A stretch of 64,000 bases of DNA, taken from assembly GCA_964497315.1 (NCBI GenBank), contig CAZCCH010000007.1:4503-68502 (forward strand), read 5' to 3'. Of this stretch, positions 57,039 to 64,000 are shown one piece after another. Source of the stretch: an uncultured Planctomycetia bacterium (lineage in GTDB: Bacteria > Omnitrophota > Gorgyraeia > Taenaricolales > CAZCCH01). The translations under genes were made by a program, and so were the position numbers. Positions within the stretch are counted from its first letter, which is position 1. Every line of letters starts with the position of its first letter. The notes below the pieces were generated by a model that saw only the letters and a list, made by a program, of their open reading frames with translations, did no database searches and was not told the DNA's origin.

Positions 57039-57326
57039 TCAGAAATATTGATTCTGGGTTTAAACTTATAAGAAAAGAAGTAATCGATGATGTTTTGGAT
57101 GATGTAGTGAAAATGAAACACTGTGTAATGTCAGAGTTTATTTTAAAGACGTATCTTATATGAGAGAAACAGAATAAAATCTATAAAAGAATTAAAAACT
57201 TCAAAACCAGCATTTATTGTTATTTCACGAAGCCATTTTGTATCATCTCATGCTGATGAACGAAAGTCTTTTCCAGAATTTTTTGGCTTTGTAGAAGAGC
57301 ATTGCCATTTATCTAAAACCATAGGC

Positions 57327-58475
57327 TTGTTGGATATATACGAGAATAACAAGAGGAAGAGCAGAATAGTGAAAAGGGTTTCTAACATTGTTATCATTGG
57401 AGCTGGTCCGATAGGCTGCTATACTGCACAATTACTAAAGAGAAAAGGTATTAACCCTGTTCTAATTGAAGAGCATAAGCAGATAGGCAGACCTGTTCAT
57501 TGTGCCGGAGTATTAGGTAGTCAGGTATTTAGCAATATGCAATTGCCCATACCTGAGAAATCTATCAAAAATAGAATCGATGGAGCTATAATTGCCCATG
57601 ATAAGAAGAGCTTTGAAATTAAGAGAAAAGGCGTAGCATTTGTAGTTGACAGGGAAGTATTTGATAAAGAGCTTGGAAAAGGATTGGATGTTAATTTTGA
57701 AACCAAATTTATTGGCTTTGAAAAGAATAAAAAAGGTTATTTGATAGAAACAGACAAAGGAGAGTTTAAAGCAGATATATTGATAGGTGCTGACGGTGCA
57801 AGGTCTCACGTCAGAGAGGTAGGAAATTTCAAGGCGAACATTACTTATAAAAGAGGGGTTCAATTTAGAATAAAAACCAAATTGGACCTAGGGAGTTTCG
57901 TTGAAGTTCACTTAAGGAAACCATATTTTTCATGGCTTATACCTGAAGGCAAGGGAATAGTCAAGGCAGGTATTATTTCTGACAACCCCTACCACGACCT
58001 TGTAGAATTTCTAGATAAACGCAAGATTAAAGGTAAGATATTGAATAAATTTGGTGGTCTTGTACCCAGAGGTAACTGTCAGACTACAGATGGGAGCGTT
58101 GCCCTGATTGGTGATGCTGCTTGCCAGGTCAAGCCTTTGAGTCAGGGTGGTATTTATTATGGGATGAAATGCGCAGAGATTTTAGTGCACTGCATAAAGA
58201 ATGGCAGGTTAGGTGATTATGATAAAGAATGGAAAAAGCAGTTTGGCAGAGAGATGCAGATTAGCTCGAAGATTAAAAAGTTTTATGAAGGTTTAAATGA
58301 TGGCGATCTTGAGCAGGTATTTGATTTGATTAGAGAAAATTCAGGTACGATAGAAAAATTAGGGAATTTCGAGAATCATTCTTTTGTTATATTGAAAATA
58401 ATGAAAAATCCAAAAACGCAAAAAAAGATCGGTGTTATATTATGGAATTTAATGAAGAAGAGAATGCTGGGATAA
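57327..58475 (+). CDS. FAD-dependent oxidoreductase (geranylgeranyl-reductase / flavin-dependent dehydrogenase family)
   Basis: Rossmann VIIGAGPIGCYTAQLL. GDAACQVKPLSQGGIYYGM. Separated from the EPS array by a 288-nt gap. Confidence 0.65.
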   Translation: MLDIYENNKRKSRIVKRVSNIVIIGAGPIGCYTAQLLKRKGINPVLIEEHKQIGRPVHCAGVLGSQVFSNMQLPIPEKSIKNRIDGAIIAHDKKSFEIKRKGVAFVVDREVFDKELGKGLDVNFETKFIGFEKNKKGYLIETDKGEFKADILIGADGARSHVREVGNFKANITYKRGVQFRIKTKLDLGSFVEVHLRKPYFSWLIPEGKGIVKAGIISDNPYHDLVEFLDKRKIKGKILNKFGGLVPRGNCQTTDGSVALIGDAACQVKPLSQGGIYYGMKCAEILVHCIKNGRLGDYDKEWKKQFGREMQISSKIKKFYEGLNDGDLEQVFDLIRENSGTIEKLGNFENHSFVILKIMKNPKTQKKIGVILWNLMKKRMLG

Positions 58476-59548
58476 TCGTAGCAGAGAAAAAGAACCCAAG
58501 GCTTTCAATTATATATGTCTACCTTATGAATAGCTGCAACCTTAACTGTATCCATTGTTGGGTTAATCCATCCTTTACAAGAGAAAAAGAGAAAAAAAAT
58601 CACCTAAGTATTACAAAGTTTAAGAAGATATTTGACCAAGCAGTTAAATTAGGCTTAAAGAAGGTAAAATTGACTGGTGGAGAGCCACTCATATACCCGC
58701 ATTTCGTAGAACTTGTTGAGTACTTGAAGGAACAAAAAATCAATATCACTATGGAAACCAATGGTACGCTTATAACTGAGAAGATTGCAGATGCAATTAG
58801 AGATTCCAGTTTTTACCACGTAGCTGTTAGTTTAGATGGGGCAGGGCCTAAGACCCATGAGAGGGTACGTCGTGTAAAGGGTGCGTTTAATAAAACATTA
58901 GAGGGGGTCAAGAGATTGACATCCAGGAAAATTCCTACCCAGATAATCATGTGTGTATATAAAGATAATATGCAAGACATAGAGGCTGTAGCGAAACTAG
59001 CTCAGGATATAGGCGCCAATACTTTGAAGTTAAACTACATAAATATTCTGGGGCGCGGTAGGTTTATGAAAGAAGAGGGCGAGCTTCTTTCTGTTAAAGA
59101 AATAATAGAACTTGACCGTCACATCATGGAAAAGGTTTCTGAAAAATATAAAATTGGCTTTTATTCAAATACTCCTATGGCATTCGAATCCTTAAGGGAT
59201 CTTAGGCGAAGACATGGCACATGCCATATCCAGAACATATTGGGCATATTGGCAGATGGCAAGGTATCAATCTGTGGCATAGGAGAGGAGGTTAAAGAAT
59301 TGGTTCTGGGTGATGCTACAAAAACTCTCTTGACGGAAATATGGAGTCAGAATTCTATTCTGCATTATATAAGAGAAAATATCCCCAATCAGCTGGAAGG
59401 TGTATGTAGCAGATGTATTTTTAAAAGAAAATGCCTAGGTTGTTGTATTGCCGAGACTTATACCAGAACAGGAGATTTCAAAAGCCCTTTCTATTTTTGT
59501 CAAAAGGCCTATGAGGAGGGTGTTTTCCCGCAGTCGAGGTTGGTGTGA
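58442..59548 (+). CDS. Radical SAM/SPASM-domain enzyme (peptide-maturase / anSME-like architecture)
   Basis: CNLNCIHCW. Auxiliary clusters CGIGEE and CSRCIFKRKCLGCCIAETY. 368 aa. Confidence 0.75.
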   Translation: MEFNEEENAGIIVAEKKNPRLSIIYVYLMNSCNLNCIHCWVNPSFTREKEKKNHLSITKFKKIFDQAVKLGLKKVKLTGGEPLIYPHFVELVEYLKEQKINITMETNGTLITEKIADAIRDSSFYHVAVSLDGAGPKTHERVRRVKGAFNKTLEGVKRLTSRKIPTQIIMCVYKDNMQDIEAVAKLAQDIGANTLKLNYINILGRGRFMKEEGELLSVKEIIELDRHIMEKVSEKYKIGFYSNTPMAFESLRDLRRRHGTCHIQNILGILADGKVSICGIGEEVKELVLGDATKTLLTEIWSQNSILHYIRENIPNQLEGVCSRCIFKRKCLGCCIAETYTRTGDFKSPFYFCQKAYEEGVFPQSRLV

Positions 59549-59557
59549 GGCGATAAA

Positions 59558-59851
59558 ATGTTAACTGCAAAAAGATATATCCGGATTAACAAGAATATGC
59601 TTGAAGTTGGATTTTCTAAAGAGAAGATTATTGGAAAGGTTGTCAGGAATAGATTTTGTTCACCGTGCCTTTTGAATTACACATCCAGACTTATATGGGA
59701 TGAGCTAAAGAGACCTTGCGCAATCGAAAGACTGGCAGAGAAACTAAAGAGAAGGTTTTTAATCAGCAGAAAAACAGCTATAGATGATACAAAAAGGACA
59801 ATCAATATATTGGAAAAAAGAGGTTTTGTAAGGGAGTGCAACAGAAAATAG
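59558..59851 (+). CDS. PqqD-family protein (RiPP recognition element-like), copy 1
   Basis: 97 aa. RLIWDELKRPCAIERLAEKLKRRFLISRKTAIDDTKRTINILEKRGFV fits the PqqD pattern (W..l.g..tv.ei...l...y.v......Dv..fl..L...gli). Confidence 0.6.
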   Translation: MLTAKRYIRINKNMLEVGFSKEKIIGKVVRNRFCSPCLLNYTSRLIWDELKRPCAIERLAEKLKRRFLISRKTAIDDTKRTINILEKRGFVRECNRK

Positions 59852-59863
59852 GAGGCAGCTATT

Positions 59864-60136
59864 ATGGATAAAGCCATAAGACCTAGAAGAAAACCGAATA
59901 TAATCTCAAGACAAGATGAAGAAAGGCTTTTATGTAATACTGAAAATGGTGACATTAAAGTTTTGAACAGCACAGGTGCTTTAATGTGGGATTTGTGTGA
60001 TGGAGAACATGCAATGGGTGACATTTTAGACGAAATAACCAAGAAATTCAAGGTTAAAAAAGAAGTTGCCGAGACAGATTTGAAAGAATTTCTTGAAGCA
60101 CTAGAGAAACTGAATTTTATAAATATGGGAGGATAA
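59864..60136 (+). CDS. PqqD-family protein (RiPP recognition element-like), copy 2
   Basis: 90 aa. VLNSTGALMWDLCDGEHAMGDILDEITKKFKVKKEVAETDLKEFLEALEKLNFI. Confidence 0.7.
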   Translation: MDKAIRPRRKPNIISRQDEERLLCNTENGDIKVLNSTGALMWDLCDGEHAMGDILDEITKKFKVKKEVAETDLKEFLEALEKLNFINMGG

Positions 60137-60140
60137 TTAT

Positions 60141-61193
60141 TTGAAACTGCACGCCCCCTTGTCAATTTGCCTATGTATAACTAATAAGTGCAACCTTTCC
60201 TGTAAACACTGCTTTGTCGGGGACAGGCCTGATGCTGAACCTGATCTTACGCGCCAAGAGATGCTGGACTTGATAGATGAGTTTGGCAAATACAAGGTTT
60301 TTGGTACTACCGTCTTTGGCGGAGAACCATTCACCAGTCCTTATATATATGAATATATGGATGCTTTAAAAAAATATAAGATAAAATTGGGACTGAATAC
60401 TAACGCGACGCTTATTAAAAGAAAAGATGCACAAAAGCTGAAGCACGAGTATGGTGTTGAAAACATATGCGTTAGCCTTGATGGTTCCTCGCCTGATATT
60501 ATGGATAAGACGAGAGGGGCAGGTTCTTTCAATAGGGTATTGAGAGGTATAAAGCTTTTAATAAGTGAAGGCCATGAGATATTATTAGGTACGACCATAA
60601 CAAAACTTAACTACATGGATGCAGAAAATATAGTTAAACTCGCCAAAGATATAAATGCCAAAGGAGTACGTTTTAACCATGTATTCTTTACCGGGAATGC
60701 AAGCTGTTTTATGAAAGAAGTATACCTTGACCTAAAAGATGAAGTTCAAATCTTAGATAGAGTTTATAATCTATACAAAAAATATGGAAATTTTATCACA
60801 GGATCTTACCTGTCCCAGAGGAAAAAACTCATGAAGCTGGAAAAGTTTCCACCCAAGCATGATAAAATTAAAGTTTCACCTTGCGGGGCAGGAAAGACAA
60901 GATATGTCATAAGGGCTGACGGTTGGGTTGTACCGTGTGAGATCTTATGGAATGTAAAAGTAGGCAATGTCAGAAAGCAATCCCTGCGCGAAATCTGGTT
61001 TTCTAAAGGCATGGAGGAATTTCGTAAGCCTCTTACTATAGATCTTGAGGATATGCCTGAGTGCAAAGGATGTAAATATCAATATATGTGTTTCCATGGA
61101 CATCGTTGCTGGCCATATTATTATCCTAATGGCATGGAAGATAGAAAGCTACATTGCTGGAAGAGGTTAAATGAAGAAACCGTTCTATGTTAA
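60141..61193 (+). CDS. Radical SAM/SPASM-domain enzyme, second copy
   Basis: TTG start with GGAGGA RBS. CNLSCKHCF. Auxiliary CGAGKTRYVIRADGWVVPCE and CKGCKYQYMCFHGHRC. Confidence 0.75.
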   Translation: MKLHAPLSICLCITNKCNLSCKHCFVGDRPDAEPDLTRQEMLDLIDEFGKYKVFGTTVFGGEPFTSPYIYEYMDALKKYKIKLGLNTNATLIKRKDAQKLKHEYGVENICVSLDGSSPDIMDKTRGAGSFNRVLRGIKLLISEGHEILLGTTITKLNYMDAENIVKLAKDINAKGVRFNHVFFTGNASCFMKEVYLDLKDEVQILDRVYNLYKKYGNFITGSYLSQRKKLMKLEKFPPKHDKIKVSPCGAGKTRYVIRADGWVVPCEILWNVKVGNVRKQSLREIWFSKGMEEFRKPLTIDLEDMPECKGCKYQYMCFHGHRCWPYYYPNGMEDRKLHCWKRLNEETVLC

Positions 61194-62166
61194 TATTGCA
61201 GAGATGACATTAAAGGTGGAGGGTGAGTATCCCCGGTATTTACTCAATGCATATGAGGCCTTTATGGCCACTTCCGCAATTAATAAGCCTTTTATATTAG
61301 AATATGTCGATTGGCAAAGAAAGCCAAAATACCAGGGCCATCAAAATTTAGAAACAATAAATACCACTTTGCATAAAAACCTTGAAGGAATTTCAAGTGC
61401 TCCAATTAAAAATAGACTAAAAAAAACACAATTTCTCCTGCCACTTTTAGCTGAAAACTCCATTATGTGGAACAGATACAGTCGTCTTCCTGCTTCGAAA
61501 AAGAAATCATTGCTGATCAGCAAATTTCTTTTTACATATAATAAGAATAATTTCTCTTTTTATCGATGGGGAGCCGGGAGTTTATTCATAGACCATTATT
61601 TGCGGCAGGCAAAATTTGTTATATTTGAGCATAGTGAATATCGCAAAGCCATGGGTATCCCCATGAAGGTTATAGTGAGGGATATGCTTGGTGGAAAAGG
61701 GTTTTTGCTGCATGCAGCAGGCCTGTTACAAGATAACAATGCGTATATTTTTGCAGGTAATTCAGGTGAAGGTAAATCTACCATAACTAACATACTAGCC
61801 CATAAATGCATCTTGAGCGATGAAACCATCATAGTTAAAAAAAGAGAGGGAGTTTATATTGGCCATTCAACCCCCTGGAACAGTCAAGGTCGCTTTAATC
61901 ACGTAAGTGCCAGCGGGCCAATTAAGGCGTGCTTTTTTATAAAAAAGTCCAGAAGGGTATATTTTAAGAGTATTTCACCGGCCAATACGTTTTTGAGATT
62001 AGCGGATAATATGACACATATTCCAGCGAAAAGTAGGACTCAACTGAAGACCCGATTAAACATGCTTGCAGATTTTAGCAAGAAGACTTGCTTTTACCAA
62101 ATGTATTTTAGAAAAGATGATTATTTCTGGACCAAACTCAAAAAACAGGTCATAGATGCAAGATAA
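61171..62166 (+). CDS. HprK-related kinase-like protein (HPr kinase C-terminal-domain fold, intact P-loop)
   Basis: GFLLHAAGLLQDNNAYIFAGNSGEGKSTITNILAHKCILSDETIIV. Confidence 0.6.
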   Translation: MKKPFYVNIAEMTLKVEGEYPRYLLNAYEAFMATSAINKPFILEYVDWQRKPKYQGHQNLETINTTLHKNLEGISSAPIKNRLKKTQFLLPLLAENSIMWNRYSRLPASKKKSLLISKFLFTYNKNNFSFYRWGAGSLFIDHYLRQAKFVIFEHSEYRKAMGIPMKVIVRDMLGGKGFLLHAAGLLQDNNAYIFAGNSGEGKSTITNILAHKCILSDETIIVKKREGVYIGHSTPWNSQGRFNHVSASGPIKACFFIKKSRRVYFKSISPANTFLRLADNMTHIPAKSRTQLKTRLNMLADFSKKTCFYQMYFRKDDYFWTKLKKQVIDAR

Positions 62167-64000
62167 AGAAAAAGATATTTTAAATAGCTCAAAGTATCTA
62201 CGTTTTTACATAACAACGGCCAGTATGTACCCCGCATTGCAGGTTGGGGATATAGTAATAGTAAGAAAGACATCACTCAGAGAGATTAAAAAAGGAGATA
62301 TAATTACCTTCAATGCAAAGAATAAAACGACTAAATTGACACACAGGGTGATAGGTGTAAAAAAGGGCGAAGGCATATTGAAGTTGCATACCAAAGGAGA
62401 CAGTGCTATTAGTGAAGACTCTTGTCCTGTGACTGAAGATAGTTTAGAGGGTAAGGTTATAGCAGTAATCAGGAAAAATAGCATAATAGAAGTAGGTACT
62501 AGAGGTCAGCGCAGAAAGGCCTGCGTATCTGAAAACCTACAACTGCTAAAAAAGCTTAAGCATCAGCTGTCAGACCAAATTAGAAAGCTTGTATTTATTA
62601 TATTTTTTGGCCTTTTGGTAAGCTTGACAGCTGCCTTCCTGCCTTATCTGTCGAAGCCAATGATTGATATAGGTTATGGCGATAAAAATATCAAGATGGT
62701 TTTAATAATAGCTGCTTTAGCGACAGCAGCCTTTATCTTAAATGCAGTCCTTAAGTCAACTTTTCAGTTTCTTTCCAGCCGCTTGCAGCAAAAGTTGTTA
62801 TTTGAATTTGACCAGGCATATATACAAAAATTATATTTTTTGCCTGTTTCTTATTTTACCACAACCTCTACTGGAGAACAGCTATATAGACTCAATAGTA
62901 ATGCAAGCGCGCTATCAGGTCTTATTGCCTCTAAATTTCCAAAGTTGCTGACCGTGGCTTCAAAGACACTTTTTTATTTAATGCTTGCGTTTGCAATTAA
63001 TTTCAAACTAGCTCTTTTGTTAGTACTATTTTTACCGCTTTTTATCTGGAGGTCCGCGTATTTTCGGAGGAAAGGTTTGGCTGAATATAAGAGATCAGTT
63101 TATTTATCCCAGGGTGTCTCCAAAAAAATGCAGGATGTTTTATCTAAGATCTATCTTATGAAGGCATTGGGTGCCGAAGAGCATGAGAGGAGGAATTATG
63201 CCGACCTATTAAGACGCAAGGTCCAATTAAACCTGAAAATTGCCAGTTTGCGGGTACTAAATACATTAACATCAACTTTTTTAAGTAGAGCAGCCTTAAC
63301 TATTTTGGGCCTAGTGGGTATGTTATTGGTTATAAAAGAGGTTATGACTTTAGGCAGCCTTACTGCTTTTATAGCTTATTGTGGCCTGTTTTTGTCAGCT
63401 ACTATGAGCCTAACTAATAGTATTGAAAATATTTCTAAAGACAGTGTTCATGTAAGCAGATATTTTGAGATTATGGATATGGATGCAGGGGCAAAAGAGA
63501 AAGCAGGAGCTAAGTACATTTACCCGTTCAAAGGCAAGATAGAATTTCAGGATGTGTCTTTTGGCTATGATAAAGACAAGTTGATCCTGGAGAATTTTAA
63601 TATGCAAATTCAACCAGGCAGTTGGGTATTGATAAAAGGAACCTCTGGTTGCGGCAAGACTACCTTACTAAAATTAATTTTAAGGTTTTATGACCCCAAG
63701 AAAGGAAAGGTCCTTATAGATGATATAGACATTCAGGATATAAAGGTTCGTTCGTTGAGGGATAATATTGCTATTGCGATCCAGGATGTAATGCTTCTGA
63801 ATGAAAGCGTGAGAGATAATATAACTTATGGACTATCAAATAAGACGTTGGAGGACATAAGAGACGTTGCACGGGCGGCCTGCATAGACTCGTTTATTCA
63901 AACGCTTCCAGATGGATATGATACAATGGTGGGTGAAAATGGGGCATGCCTTTCAAAGGGACAGAAACAAAGAATTTGTCTGGCGAGAGCACTAATCCGA
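62156..64000 (+). CDS. SipW/Sec11-type (S26B, Ser-His) signal-peptidase domain fused to an ABC exporter (TMD + NBD); 3'-partial
   Basis: Absent from the ORF track because no stop occurs in the window. ATG 62156 overlaps the upstream stop. Peptidase boxes TASMYPALQVGDIVIV, THRVIGV, LHTKGDSAISEDSCPV parallel B. subtilis SipW SGSMEP..GD, THRI, TKGDNN..D..V. Six-TM region follows. Walker A GTSGCGKTTLLKLI and signature LSKGQKQRICLARALI. Confidence 0.75.
   Translation, partial: MQDKEKDILNSSKYLRFYITTASMYPALQVGDIVIVRKTSLREIKKGDIITFNAKNKTTKLTHRVIGVKKGEGILKLHTKGDSAISEDSCPVTEDSLEGKVIAVIRKNSIIEVGTRGQRRKACVSENLQLLKKLKHQLSDQIRKLVFIIFFGLLVSLTAAFLPYLSKPMIDIGYGDKNIKMVLIIAALATAAFILNAVLKSTFQFLSSRLQQKLLFEFDQAYIQKLYFLPVSYFTTTSTGEQLYRLNSNASALSGLIASKFPKLLTVASKTLFYLMLAFAINFKLALLLVLFLPLFIWRSAYFRRKGLAEYKRSVYLSQGVSKKMQDVLSKIYLMKALGAEEHERRNYADLLRRKVQLNLKIASLRVLNTLTSTFLSRAALTILGLVGMLLVIKEVMTLGSLTAFIAYCGLFLSATMSLTNSIENISKDSVHVSRYFEIMDMDAGAKEKAGAKYIYPFKGKIEFQDVSFGYDKDKLILENFNMQIQPGSWVLIKGTSGCGKTTLLKLILRFYDPKKGKVLIDDIDIQDIKVRSLRDNIAIAIQDVMLLNESVRDNITYGLSNKTLEDIRDVARAACIDSFIQTLPDGYDTMVGENGACLSKGQKQRICLARALIR

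Noticed and set aside
57113-57163. 16-aa Cys-containing ORF MKHCVMSEFILKTYLI (and the 14-aa MLMNESLFQNFLAL at 57250..57294) as a possible RiPP precursor
   Set aside because: No Shine-Dalgarno motif, no leader-like or Gly/Cys-rich core, and the region is AT-rich promoter-like sequence. Kept only as a note inside the cassette finding.
1-64000. CRISPR arrays, tRNA/rRNA genes, IS elements, integrases
   Set aside because: No regularly spaced short repeats, no cloverleaf-compatible segments in the few intergenic regions, and no transposase or recombinase motifs were seen in any ORF translation.

Overview
Low-GC (roughly high-30s % by eye) bacterial chromosomal window, almost fully coding, with no rRNA, tRNA, CRISPR array, transposase or integrase recognised. 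Layout from 5' to 3': (1) 1-7.7 kb, one giant surface protein of at least 2562 aa (5'-partial) combining a GH2-type clan GH-A TIM barrel, FN3/Ig/cadherin-like modules, a PD40 propeller, a BNR propeller and a conserved Cys-containing C-terminal tail. (2) 7.7-13.7 kb, a cell-envelope cluster: PDZ protein, OM beta-barrels, two paralogous secreted proteins flanking a chaperone-like Ig-fold protein. (3) 13.7-17.1 kb, an MtnX-like HAD phosphatase and a small toxin-antitoxin island (XRE-HTH-Panacea antitoxin, RelE/ParE-like toxin, mini GIY-YIG protein, trypsin-like protease). (4) 17.4-27 kb, a beta-glycan utilisation locus (SBP-permease fusion, permease with a CBM-like insert, ROK regulator, GH94 phosphorylase, phosphohexomutase). 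(5) 27.2-57 kb, a ~30 kb strictly co-directional Wzx/Wzy-type exopolysaccharide locus: PilZ, OM barrel, Wza-like exporter with a long coiled coil, Wzc-like PCP/BY-kinase, Wzy-like-TPR-CBM fusion, seven GT4/GT2 transferases, flippase, priming sugar transferase, methyltransferases, CE4 and DUF2334-like deacetylases, FemAB-like protein, three radical-SAM enzymes and one HprK-like protein. (6) 57.3-64 kb, the most unusual part: a RiPP-like maturation/export cassette with no obvious precursor gene (FAD oxidoreductase, two radical-SAM/SPASM enzymes, two PqqD-like RRE proteins, a second HprK-related kinase-like protein, and an ABC exporter whose N-terminus is a SipW/Sec11-type Ser-His signal peptidase domain rather than a C39 peptidase). 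All calls rest on motif-level reading of the supplied translations; no database search was run.
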